NCBI GenBank assembly: GCA_951406725.2
Contig: OX597831.1
Span: 73,346,001-73,410,000 of the forward strand
Direction: 5' to 3'
DNA: 64,000 nucleotides
DNA from: Octopus vulgaris
Taxonomy: Eukaryota
Below the pieces are notes generated by a model, which saw only the letters and a list, made by a program, of their open reading frames with translations, was not told the DNA's origin and ran no database searches. This document shows, piece by piece, positions 24,097 to 34,974 of the stretch. Each line of letters opens with the position of its first letter. Positions within the stretch are counted from its first letter, which is position 1. A program made the translations under genes and the position numbers.

Positions 24097-25768
24097 ATAT
24101 ATATTTATGTGTGTGTGTGTGTGTGTGTTGTCTGTATCAGTTGTTCATCTTGACAGGTTTATCAGCTGGAAATCTTTGAAGTCTCTGCATGCACCCCCTC
24201 CCCCCCGAATGCGCACATACGTGGCCAGCAAAGTCTGCATCAAATAACAACAGTGTCATCCATAAAACTCTTCTTGGTCTTGTAGTCATGATACATTTTG
24301 AGTCCTTGTCAGCAAAGCCTGCATCGAACACCAACAGTATTGTCCATAAATCTCTCCTTTGGTCTTCTGTTCATGCCATGACACAAATTGAGTCCTTATC
24401 AGAAGCCTGCTGTGTAGACAGTTGATTCTTGAAGTACCTTCATAATCCAGGTTTTGGCTTAATATACCCCTCACACCCATCACTTCTCTCTCTCGCCTGG
24501 GAGCAGAATAAGCACATAGGACATCCTCAATTTTCTCGGTTGCCTGTTGGGTGTACAATTGTAGCAGTCTTGAAGTTCTTTCATAATCCAGCTTTTGGAG
24601 CCGCGCGCGTGCGTGTGTGTGTGTGTGTGTTTATGAATTGTCTATCAGCTGTGTATGTTGAATGTGTTATTAGTTTTAATGAAGGAAATACTTGAAAAAA
24701 AACAATGAGAGAGAGAGAAATCTTGTTAAGTTCATTATTAAAAAGAACAAAATGGGGGGAATATTGATTGCTGCTGTGTGACTGAATACATGCAAACAGT
24801 TCTGTGAATGTACGAGATTAACAGTATTGGATTAAGGATCAATCTAATCAACTAAACAACTCAATAACCGAAATCAATGAAAGGGTGCGTGCATGCATGC
24901 ATGCATGTGCAGACATGTGAATGTCCATTTGTTTATCAGGGGTTTTTATCTTTACCGATGTCTGTCTATAACTGGGGGTGTTTGAATATTCAACATATAC
25001 ACACATTTCTTTTATCTTTGTTTTGCTTCTGTCATTAGACTGTGGCCATGCTGGGGTACCACCTTGAAGGGCTGTAGTTGAACAAATTGACCCCCATACT
25101 TTGTTTTTCTGTTAAGTGTGGTCCTTGTTGCATTGCTCTGTTTTTTTTTATCAAACTGTTAAGTCACAGGGACATAAGCAAATCAACACTGACTGTCATG
25201 TTAAGCAGCAGGGGCCAGGGACAAAGACAAACATATATATATATATATATATATATAATGTACACATACACATGATGGGCTTCTTTCAGTTTCTGTCTAC
25301 CAAACCTATTCACACGACTTTGGTTGGCCCAGGGCTATGGTAGAAGACACTTGCCCAAGGTTCCACACTGTGGGATTGAAACCAGAACCATGTAATTGGA
25401 AGCAAACTTTTCCCACATAACCACTCCTTTGTATATAACATCATCATAATCATCATCATTGTTTAATGTCTGTTTTCCATGCTGGCATGGGTTGGACGGT
25501 TTGACAGGAGCTGGTGAGGCCAGGCTGCATTGTCTAGATGCCCTTCTTTACAGAGTGGACTGGCTGCTTTATATGCAGCACCAACTCCGATAGGGTCACC
25601 AAGTACCTTGCAAGACACAAAAGACAAAAGCCCCTTGACTGGGGCAGGCGAGTGGTGGCTTTGTGTTAGTCAAGAGATTGAGGCTATAGAGGGAGTGGGA
25701 TAAGGGGCTTACTGTAGAAATGAGTGGATTTGGTAGACGGAAACTGAAAGAAGCCTGTCGTATATATG

Positions 25769-25799
<31 letters not shown>

Positions 25800-26106
25800 A
25801 TGTGTTTGTGTGTCTGTGTTTGTCCCCCTAGCATTGCTTGACAACCGATGCTGGTGTGTTTACGTCCCCTTAACTTAGTGGTTCAGCAAAAGAGACCGAT
25901 AGAATAAGTACTGGGCTTACAAAGAATAAGTCCCAGGGTCGATTTGCTCGACTAAAGGCGGTGCTCCAGCATGGCCGCAGTCAAATGACTGAAATAAGTA
26001 AAAGAGTGAAAGAGTAATGTGAAATTGAGGACCTTGTAGAAGGTGGATGGAGGGGCCAAGATTTCTGGGAATGGTGGAACACGTCTTGGTTGCAGCTATG
26101 TGAAGA

Positions 26107-26170
<64 letters not shown>

Positions 26171-26704
26171 ATGATATAGGTACAGATGTGGCTGTGTGGT
26201 CAACAAGCTTGGTTTGTAACCAAGTGGTCTTGGGTTCAGTCCCACTGTGCAACACCTAGGACAAATATCTTCTACCATAGCCCTGGGCCAGCCAAAGCCT
26301 TTTAAGTAGATTTGGTTGATGAAAACTGAAAGGAGTCAATTGTGTTTGTGAGTGGGGGTGGTACCTGTTTCTTTATACCTTGTGGTGGTTGTAAACGACC
26401 CTTCATTATAATGTTTACTCACCTATTTTAATAACCTCTCTGCCTCCTTTTTCTGCTTTGCATAGTTTATTAATACAACATCCATCTAACAAACATGCCC
26501 ACCCCTATACCTCTGTATTGATTATATCCATTTATTGACTATAGACAGGAGTGGCTGTGTGGCAGGTAGCTTGCTTACCAACCACATGGTTCCGGGTTCA
26601 TTCCCACTCCGTGGCACCTTGGGCAAGTGTCTTCTATTATAGCCTCAGGCCGACTGAAGCCTTGTGAGTGGATTTGGTAGACGGAAACTGAAAGAAGCCC
26701 GTCG

Positions 26705-26741
<37 letters not shown>

Positions 26742-26961
26742 TTGTGTGTCTTTGTTTGTCCCCCCAACATCGCTTGACAACCAATGGTGGTGTGTTTACG
26801 TTCCTGTAACTTCGCGACCGAAAGAATAAATACTAGTTTTACAAAGAATAAGTCCTGGGGTCGATTTGCTCAACTGAATGCGGTGCTCCAGCATGGCCAG
26901 AGTCAAATGACTGAAACAAAAGAGTAAAAAAAGTATATGTTGATTTTTACTATATGCTTAT

Positions 26962-27004
<43 letters not shown>

Positions 27005-27021
27005 ATATGTATGTATGTATG

Positions 27022-27055
<34 letters not shown>

Positions 27056-30000
27056 TGTATGTATGTATGTATGTATGTATGTATGTATGTATATATGTAT
27101 GTGCCTGTATGTATTATGTATTTCTGTCTTCTGTTTTGATAGCTTTAAATTCCGTAGTGGAAATTCAGAGCACCCAGGAGACAAGTTTTTTGACACCGTT
27201 GTGGAAATACTCCCAGTAACCCATGAACACACGAAAGATGGAACGCCGTATCCAATACTTAACCATGGTTATTACCAAGTAGCCCGCTTCAAAGCTGATG
27301 GTGTCGCTGAAGGTACAATCAAAGACAATATCGGTCCCATCAAGATTCTTCGACTCCACTGCCAAGTCAAAAGTGATAGCTGGGCAATACTGAGTGAAGT
27401 AAGTAAACCTTTCTTTGTTGAATCACTCCCACTACCCCCCCCCTTCCCATCATCATCATCATTTAACGTCCATCTTCCATGCTAACATGGGTGGGACGGT
27501 ACCACAAGTGACTGTTTTGGCAGGGTTTTTTACAGCTGGATGCCCTTCCTAACGCCAACCACTCAGCAGAGTGGACTTGGTACTTTTTATGTGGCACAAG
27601 CACAGGCGAGGTCAGTGGTGCTTTTAATGTGCCACACAGGAAGCATTTTTAGTGTGGATGGTATAAAATATATGTTGTGTAAGGGGCAGAGATTGCTGTA
27701 GAAACCATGGAAGCTGAGGCAATAATGGCTGTGAAAGTGTCAGAAAACATTTGTTTGCCAAGTATCTTCCTCTGACCCCTGGTCAACCGCTTCCATCCAT
27801 TGGGCAGCAACTGCCCCTGCCCCAGCAAGCAGACGTTGTATAAAAGCAATACTTTTATGTAACACCACTTACCTATTTCTTTACTACCCACAAGGGGCTA
27901 AACACAGAAGGGACAAACAAGGACAGACACACGGATTAAGTCGATTATATCGACCCCAGTGTGTAACTGGTACTTATTTAATCGACCCCGAAAGGATGAA
28001 AGGCAAAGTCGACCTTGCCGGAATTTGAACTCAGGACGTAACCGCAGACGAAATACCACTATGCATTTCGCCCAGTGTGCTAACGTTTCTACCAGCTCGC
28101 TGCCTTGACACCAGTACCATTGTCTCTGCGTAGATGTATGTTGCTCTGTGGTACCTCTATCCCCCCTTTCTCTCTCTCTCTCTTGTCCCTTCTCTCTTAC
28201 TGCCTCTTCCTCTCACTCTGTTTACTAGACTCAATTTATAAAAATATGTCTGTATTTTTGGCAGCGAGTGGTCAGGGAAGTGGTCAGGCCAGCTCTGCTT
28301 ACTCACTTTCAGTATTGAGATGAGATAAAGATCCTTTTTTTTTTCAATTTTTGTGGATGGTCACCGTCTTCATTTCAATTCTCTCTAATTTACACAGGTT
28401 GGAGGAATCTGGATTTTGGTGAGGTGGGAAGGAGAAATAGCACTGAATATTGGTTTCAAATTTTGGCACAAGGGAGTGAGGTAGTCAATTACATTGACCC
28501 CAGGATTCAGCTGGTACTTATTTTATCGATCCCCCAAAGACAAAAGGCAAAGTCAACATTAACAGAATTTGAACTCAGAACATGAAGACAGACAAAATGC
28601 TGCTTAGCATTTTGCTCAGCATGGTCGTGATTCTGCCAGTTTGCCACCTTAAATAGCATTGAATATTGAAGAGTTAGTTAGTTAATTTTTTGGCTCGAAA
28701 AGCAAAAAGCAAGGCCATGTAGGGGGACATGGAGTTATGTACAGGGAGGGTGTTTATGCAAAGAGTTCAGTCCACTTGTGGTCAAGGGAGACTTTGAACC
28801 GAGCGGTCGTCGGCATCTTCACCATCTCGTCCGGCAGCTTATTCCACGGATCTGCAACCCGGATGGAGAAAGCCCCTCTCCTTCAATTGAGATGAAATCG
28901 TTGCAGATAGAGCTTTTTGGAATGACCCCGCAGCCGACGCTCTTGAGCAGGAGTGAAGAACAGCTCTTTCGAGAGGTTACACTTTCCGCTTATGATGTTG
29001 TGAGCAAGAATGAGATCACCACGGCATCGTCGTTTTTCTAGAGAAAATGGTTTGTTTTGTTCTGGTTATAGTAGAAGGGAGAGACTGTGGTCAAAGTATG
29101 GATGGGGGGGGGGTTACTCCTGTTAGAGATTAAAAGGCCATTGCTTGAAGGAGACTGCAGGTCTGAGAGCTGCATGCCATTGTAGATCGTGTTTAAGCTT
29201 TGTAGGAGGTGAGCAACTGTTGCGGAGTAAAATATTGGGTCTTTAGAGAAAGCCATGTTTCCATTGTCTTGAAATTCTCACATTGTTGGTGTTGTGAGAC
29301 AACAAGAGTCAGTGGTTTGGGGAAGTTTTTAGCAGCATCCATTTGTATTTTGGTGAAGGAAATAGCACCGAAGTGGGTGGGGGTGAAGGTAAGTGCTTAA
29401 AAGCTGGCTCTGGCAAATGAGATGATGCCAGTTCAAGATGGCTGGTAAAAACATGATTATGACCTGAGAGGGAGAGAGAGAGAGGTTATAACGACAGTGA
29501 TGGGGGTGATGTAGGAAGAGTGGAAATGTAATGGCTATTATTGTTAGTAGAAAAGAATTAGAGGGTCAGTGGTTTGTGGAGAAGGGAGAGAGAGGGGCTG
29601 CAGGTTTCAGACTTGTATTAAAAAAATGCAAAAAGAACCCCATTAACCTGGTCATGGTTGTTGTGTTGTCACGGGTCAGTTGTGATGCATCAGACCTGTG
29701 ACTAAGTGTTTCAACTGTAACCATCCTGTCTTTACTCTTTTACTTGTTTCAGTCATTTGACTGTGGCCATGCTGGAGCACCGCCTTTAATCGAGCAACTC
29801 GACCCCGGGACTTATTCTTTTGTAAGCCCAGTACTTACTCTATCGGTCTCTTTTGATGAACCGCTAAGTAACGGGAACATAAACACACCAGCATCGGTTG
29901 TCAAGCAATGCTAGGGGGACAAACACAGACACACAAACACGTACACACACACACATATATATATATATACATATATACGACAGGCTTCTTTCAGTTTCCA

Positions 30001-31034
30001 CTCACAAGGCATTGGTCGGTCCGAGGCTATAGTAGAAGACACTTGCCCAAGATGCCATGCAGTGGGACTGAACCCGGAACCATGTGGTTGGTTAGCAAGC
30101 TACTTACCACACAGCCACTCCTGCGCCTTATATTTTTTTTAATTATGCAAATTATATTGGCTACAAATAATAACTCTTCCCCTGCGTAAGAATTGACCAG
30201 ATGATCCAACAAATTTGTTTAGATATTGCCTTGTCGATGAGGTCACATAGGCTGAAAAATGTCCATAGTTGTTTCCCTTACCTGCAAGCAAAGCTCAGAC
30301 TGTCATCTCCGTTAATTACGTAAATTAACTTTGAGAGAATAATTCTTAATTTCCTGAAATTATATTTCCTTTTCTTTGCAAGTTGCTCACCATTACCACA
30401 AGATTTTTGTTTTCCTTCTTCAATAACAGGGAAAAATTTCAGTTTAGAATTTTTTTTTTATGACAATCCATACTTCACACTTTAACATAAGCTATCTAGG
30501 ACTACATTATCCAATGCGTTTTTCTGTATTTCAAGAGTGTAGGGTGTAATTTAGGGGGCTGTTATGCTTAGCACATAAAAGGGTAAAGACTCCCTTCAGT
30601 CATGAATGACCATGGGATTACACCTACAAAGTTATCCTCCGAGGCGCAAGTCCAGGCAAGGATGACCAGCAGTCTCCCATGCATACCAGCCTCCCCAGTT
30701 CACTCCACTGATGTTATCCAAGGGAAAGGCAAAGGGGCCCGATACAGCTTGGTACCTGTGACATCACAACTCATTTCTACGGCTGAGTCAACTGGAGCAA
30801 CATGAAATAAAGTGTCTTGCTCAAGAACACAACATACAGCTGGGTCCAGGAATTGAACTCGCTATCTCATGGTTGTGAGCCTGATGCTCTAAAGTGCTCT
30901 TATTGATGTTTCCTTTGTACCTAAACTCTGTAATGGTGGTGGTGGTGGTGGTGGCTGTAGTAGTAATAGTAATGATGATGATGTCTTTTTTTCTTTTCTA
31001 ATTTCAGATTTATATTAAAGCGAAGACAAGCTGA
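7310..31034 (+). CDS. MGAT4B: Spliced partial CDS (5' end outside window) of alpha-1,3-mannosyl-glycoprotein 4-beta-N-acetylglucosaminyltransferase (GnT-IV, MGAT4A/B-like, GT54 family): join(7310..7359,11976..12089,12307..12382,13110..13224,14092..14222,20672..20779,22272..22465,27143..27398,31008..31034)
   Basis: Nine exons have AG/GT boundaries and compatible phases (50+114+76+115+131+108+194+256+27=1071 nt, ending in TGA). The joined peptide has [85 protein letters not shown] and WAILSEIYIK, all recognisable MGAT4A/B motifs. It is probably co-orthologous to vertebrate MGAT4A and MGAT4B. Confidence 0.95.
7713..8673 (+). mobile_element. Internally deleted RTE LINE copy with 13-bp target-site duplication
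   Basis: [25 protein letters not shown], a short KTKVLISRK remnant, 3' UTR repeats and (GAT)n; aatgttctacaag at 7700-7712 and 8674-8686. Confidence 0.88.
10656..11936 (+). mobile_element. Decayed Tc1/mariner (mariner) DNA transposon; transposase pseudogene
   Basis: Fragments [67 protein letters not shown] in shifting frames. The right end resembles a mariner TIR (ttttgaactcaccttgt); the left TIR is truncated. Confidence 0.9.
11976..12089 (+). CDS. MGAT4B: MGAT4A/B-like coding exon ([38 protein letters not shown])
   Basis: cttag acceptor, cg|gtacgt donor; [13 protein letters not shown] motifs. Confidence 0.93.
12307..12382 (+). CDS. MGAT4B: MGAT4A/B-like coding exon ([25 protein letters not shown])
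   Basis: ttccag acceptor, cag|gtaggt donor; WRTKQNLD motif. Confidence 0.95.
12448..12830 (+). mobile_element. Older SINE family A copy
   Basis: ggttccgggttcagtccc..ccttgggcaagtgtcttctactata..aaactgaaagaagcc..cagcatggcc. Confidence 0.8.
13110..13224 (+). CDS. MGAT4B: MGAT4A/B-like coding exon ([39 protein letters not shown])
   Basis: ttcag acceptor, g|gtaagc donor; EDD motif and LGFIG. Confidence 0.95.
13316..13815 (-). mobile_element. CR1-type LINE 3' fragment
   Basis: Minus-strand peptide [54 protein letters not shown], typical of the CR1 ORF2 C-terminus. Confidence 0.85.
14092..14222 (+). CDS. MGAT4B: MGAT4A/B-like coding exon ([43 protein letters not shown])
   Basis: tttcag acceptor, aga|gtaagt donor; PIDWLL and CNP motifs. 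Confidence 0.95.
14470..15005. repeat. Pyrimidine-rich compound (CTTT/CTTTGT)n low-complexity tract with internal higher-order duplications
   Basis: Directly visible; explains the F/L/S-rich pseudo-ORFs. Confidence 0.92.
15089..15478 (+). mobile_element. SINE family A copy (diverged)
   Basis: Head aggtacaggtgtgactgtgtggtaag through tail gactgaaacaagtaaaagata. Confidence 0.85.
15864..16129 (+). mobile_element. RTE 3'-UTR/tail fragment in (TA)n
   Basis: gtgccggtggcac repeats, ggcgttaggaagggcatccagctg, (GAT)n tail. Confidence 0.85.
17190..17607 (-). mobile_element. Young full-length SINE family A copy
   Basis: Near-identical to the 29730, 51750 and 62423 copies. Confidence 0.92.
18471..18995 (+). 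mobile_element. Young SINE family A copy with a ~110-bp foreign insert (18640-18750) in its central (TA)n
   Basis: ggcgcaggagtggctgtgtggtaag head, complete tail. Confidence 0.92.
19372..19945 (-). mobile_element. SINE family A copy (-) interrupted by a family B SINE (+, ~19690-19919) with TSD aggtacagta
   Basis: TSD at 19678-19687 and 19920-19929; the family A sequence resumes after the insert. Confidence 0.85.
20352..20570 (+). mobile_element. SINE family B (~230 bp, tRNA-derived, Nin/Deu-like central domain; octopus OK-like)
   Basis: ggcgagctggcagaaacgtt..gagttcaaattcc..gcctttcatcct.tcggggtcgataaa..agtaccag; more than 10 copies in the window. Confidence 0.88.
20672..20779 (+). CDS. MGAT4B: MGAT4A/B-like coding exon ([36 protein letters not shown])
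   Basis: tttcag acceptor, caa|gtgagt donor; KPSLFQH motif. Not present in the ORF track. Confidence 0.95.
21098..21318. mobile_element. piggyBac-type MITE family 1
   Basis: TTAA-ccctttag ... ctgaaggg-TTAT; body matches 50983-51202. Confidence 0.8.
22272..22465 (+). CDS. MGAT4B: MGAT4A/B-like coding exon ([47 protein letters not shown]...LE), start of C-terminal lectin domain
   Basis: tttcag acceptor, ag|gtaag donor; [17 protein letters not shown] motif. Confidence 0.95.
22795..23984 (-). mobile_element. RTE LINE 3' fragment (end of PHD, thumb region, 3' UTR, tail)
   Basis: [54 protein letters not shown]; (CAT)n on the + strand. Confidence 0.9.
25010..26925. mobile_element. Cluster of family A SINEs (25010-25430 -, 25720-26016 +, 26178-26340 +, 26545-26925 +) and an RTE-tail fragment (25440-25620 -)
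   Basis: Sequence similarity to other copies. Confidence 0.82.
27143..27398 (+). CDS. MGAT4B: MGAT4A/B-like coding exon ([24 protein letters not shown]...SWAILSE), lectin domain
   Basis: gatag acceptor, gaa|gtaagt donor; FRSGN.EHP.DK and W.ILSE motifs. Confidence 0.95.
27870..28105 (-). mobile_element. SINE family B copy
   Basis: Reverse complement of the family B consensus. Confidence 0.88.
28671..29040 (-). mobile_element. Second CR1-type LINE 3' end with (TAAC)n tail
   Basis: Minus-strand [37 protein letters not shown]; gttagttagttaa at the left end. Confidence 0.82.
29730..30128 (-). mobile_element. SINE family A copy
   Basis: Near-identical to the 17190 copy. Confidence 0.9.
30580..30890 (-). 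mobile_element. SINE family C-like copy (tRNA head plus gtgttcttgagcaagacac domain)
   Basis: Shares gactggagcaacatgaaat.aag.gt.ttgctcaagaacacaaca with 42060-42296 and 55180-55545. Confidence 0.7.
31008..31034 (+). CDS. MGAT4B: MGAT4A/B-like terminal coding exon (IYIKAKTS*)
   Basis: T-rich tract and tttcag acceptor, phase 0. It resembles the short I-F/Y-I/L-K terminal exon of MGAT4A/B; TGA at 31032-31034. Confidence 0.85.
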   Translation: MYIKAKTS

Positions 31035-32436
31035 TTGTTACAGTTATTGTTGTTGTTCTTGTTATTCTTGCTGTCAAAAAAAAAACAATAAAAATGAAAA
31101 CAAAAAAAAAATAGCAGACATCAACCAACTTTACCCAAAGACAGAATTTTTTTTAAAAATCCAAAGCAAAAAAGGAAGGCAGCGATGGGTGAGCAAAGTC
31201 TCTCCCACCGACTCCCCAACTTGGGTAAAGACAAGTTTGGATGTTGACCAAAGTTATGATGCTGCAGGGTACCAACTGGTGGATGTAGCAGATGATAAAC
31301 AGTCAGTAGACCTAACTATCACCTCTGAACATTTGGTGCTATCTTTATATGGCTTAACCGATGTCCAAACTGATCACTTGGCACCATTTCCTTCTCCTAC
31401 ACCATTTTTTTCCCTTTCTTTCTCTTCATTCAATTGGTTTTTCTTTTTTTATTCTTTTTTCATTTGCGTTCTTTTTTCTGGTGAATTGTTTTTTTTTTCT
31501 CTTATTTTTTTGTCCAGTTTTTGTTAATTTCATTTTTATTTCTTTTTACATTCCCCCCTCCCCCCGCTAAAAAGTTTTCATATATTTTCCTTCCTGTTTC
31601 AAAGGATTTCTTGTACAACTAATTTGATAGATGCACACCCACTGCGCCCACACCCTCATCTTACACTCCTTCTCTTGGTGTGTGTATGTGTGTGAAGATG
31701 GAAAGGTAAAACAGTGGTCTTGTGATTGCGTTCATGTGTGTGTGTGTGTGTGTGTGCGTGTATGTAAGGAATGCACCAATACATGGAAGCACTTGTACAT
31801 CTCTCTATATAAAAATGTATATATATGTGTGTATGTTTGTGTCTGTACATATATACGTATACACACACACACACACACATATACATGTGTCACATACATG
31901 TCACATGCACGCAATCTTTGGCTATGAGGGGTTGGAAAAAATAAAAAAAGGGCTGTTCCAAGATTTGAATTCCATTAGAAATCCATTTCTCTTGAGACAA
32001 ATATTTTCTTGTTCCTTGATGCAATCTGCTCCCTTGCCTCCATTTTTTTTCATCATCATCATCATCATCGTCATTATTTAAACTTGTGCTGTTTGTGGAA
32101 GACTTCTTTCTTAAGAAACCTTGACCATCAACAACATCATCATCATCATCTTCATCATGATGGGGGTGGGAGGAGGTGAGTTGATGCAAGCAGGAGAGAT
32201 CAAGATGTGGTTTGGCTTCACTTTGGCCTCTCCCTGTTTTGTATCTGAATCTTGTTCAGCTTAATTTTGAATTAAACTCTTGCTTCTCTAAGGTCAACAA
32301 CAATGGCCTAGAGTCAGTAATATTTAATTGATTATACCCACCCCCCCCCCCTTTTTTTTTAACAGTTAAATGCCTTTGCAGAAGACTATTATTATTATTA
32401 TTATTATTACTATTATTATTATTATTATTATTATTA

Positions 32437-33570
32437 AGCTGGCAGAATTGTTAGCATGCAGGACAAAATGCTTAGCGACATTTCATCAGTCTTTAGATTG
32501 TGAGTTCAGATTACGCCGAAGTCAACTTCGGTTTAGAATTTTTTTTCTCTTGGGGTCGTTAAAATAAAAGTACCAGTGAAGTACAAGCACTGATGTTATC
32601 AAGTAACCCACTAAGTACCAGTTGAGCACAGGGGACAATGTAACCAACTTACCCTCCCCCCACTGAACTTTGCTGGCCTTGTGCCAAAATTCGAAGCCAC
32701 TTCCTTCTTATTATTATTTGTATAATGGGCAGCTCAGCTCTTGCTTAATGTCCTCTGCTAAAGCACAGATGTCGCTGCTGGTCACTGGTCACATGACATT
32801 GACCCCTGCAGTGTTATTGTTGAGAAATAGATATTCTAGGACAGAATTCTAAAATTCTTATTATTATTCATTATTTTTCATTATATTTATTCTCTGACAC
32901 TCAGGTAAACGACCTTAATTCCTGGTTTTTTCTTTTCTTGAAAGCAGTTAATAGCAAATTACCAAAGGTTTCAAGTAGAGACAAGACTTTCCTTAGGATA
33001 TAAGAGTCTGTAAAATAAAACAGCAGTCAAGTTCTTGGCTTGATGCAATCCGCTATGCCCCTCACCCTCTAAAACTGTTGGACTTCTGCCAAAATTACGA
33101 TTATTTAAATTTTTATTACATAATGTCTTTGCTGTTATATATATATATATTTTTTTTTTTGTTCCGAATTAAATGAATGCCAGAGTACATCTTGATGTCC
33201 CTGAATTCTTAACTAGCCATTTATTTTGTTTTGTTTATTTTTTGTTTTTGTAATTGTGCCTTGTAGGGAGACTGATTCTGTAGGATAACAGGGTCCCCCG
33301 TAAAATTGGTGTGTCATGAATTGATACCATCGCATAAATTTTTATCTTGCTTGGCTGTGCATTTGACAGACTCAGTAGAGCGTCAGGCAAAATTCCTCGT
33401 GGTATTTAGTGTGGCTTTTCACTTTCTGAGTTCAAATCCTATTAAAGTCAATATTTTTCTTTCTCTTGGGGGTTGTTAAAATAAAAGTACCAGTGAAGTA
33501 CAGGCACTGATGTTATCAAGTAACCCTCTCCCGCCAATCAGAGTTGTTGGTCTTGTGCCAAAATAAGAAC

Positions 33571-33609
<39 letters not shown>

Positions 33610-34378
33610 GGTGGTGAGCTGACAGAATAATTAGCATGCTGTACAAAATGCTTGATGGCATTTTGATTGTTTTCACATTCTGAGTTCAAGTTCTCTGAGG
33701 CTGACTTTACCTTTCATCCTTTTGGAGTCAATAAATTATCAGTTGTGCCTTTAGTAGAAAGGATTATTATTATTATTATTATTATTATTCAGTAGTTTTA
33801 TTTTTATAGCGTGCTTTCACTTCACTACCGAGCGCAGCTCTGTGTGCCTTGGGTATGTGCTGTGATTTGTTGTGATGCTCTGATGGTTATTGTATGGAAA
33901 GTGTTCTGCGTAGGATGTGTGCAGTGCCTAGTAGTGCAATTTTCTGTATGTTATATGTGTTTGTCAGTCCTGGTGTTTTTGTTATGTATTTGTCTGAATA
34001 TTTTGTTATCATACCTAATGCGCCTACTATGATAGGAATTGTTTGTTTTTAGATTCCACATTTGAGTTACCTCTATTTCCAGGTCTTTGTATTTTGATTT
34101 TTCTTTGTCTATTTCTTTTGCATTTAGTTTAGTCCAGTATTTGCCATGAAGGGGCTTTTCTTGCCATCGTTTTATCATGGTCCGTTGCTGTTCCAGATTT
34201 AGTTTGGATTTCATTTGTTTTACAGCTTTTGTGTTTCTTCTTCTTCATATTTGTTAGGTGGTATGATTTCTTGTTTGTATTTGTCAGCTTCCTTAAATAC
34301 TGAGAACAGTTTTTTGTTTTGCTCGTGTTTTGCCACTATTTGTATCAGTTTTCCTCCACATAATTCTGCAGTTACTTG

Positions 34379-34421
<43 letters not shown>

Positions 34422-34939
34422 GTACCAGTCAAGTACTGTGGTTCATTTGCCTAATTATTTCTCCCTACCAAAAGAATGTCGGCCCCTTGGTCTATGTCAG
34501 GCATAAAATAGTAATATTTCCCTGCTCTTGGGTGAAAAGGCCTGAAATTTTGTGGGCTGGAGCTTGTTGATTACATCAACCTCATTGTGTGACTGGTACT
34601 TATTTTATCAAGCCCGAAAAGATGAAAGGCAAAACTGGACCTCGGCAGGATTTGAACACAGAACGCAAAGGTGGATGAAATGCCTCTGAGCATTTCATCC
34701 AGCATGCTAATCACTCTGCCAGCTTGCTGTCTTAACAGCAACAACAACGATGATGATAGTAATAATTCTTATGGGCACAAAGCCTGAAATTTTGGGAGAG
34801 GTGGGGGGGCTAGTTGATTACCTTGACCCTCCGTGCATAACTGGTTCTTATCCTTTCTCTAAAAGGATGAAAAGCAAAGCCGACCTTGCTGGAAGAAATA
34901 GTGCAAAGCATTTTGTCCAGCATTCTAACGACTCTGCCA

Positions 34940-34974
<35 letters not shown>

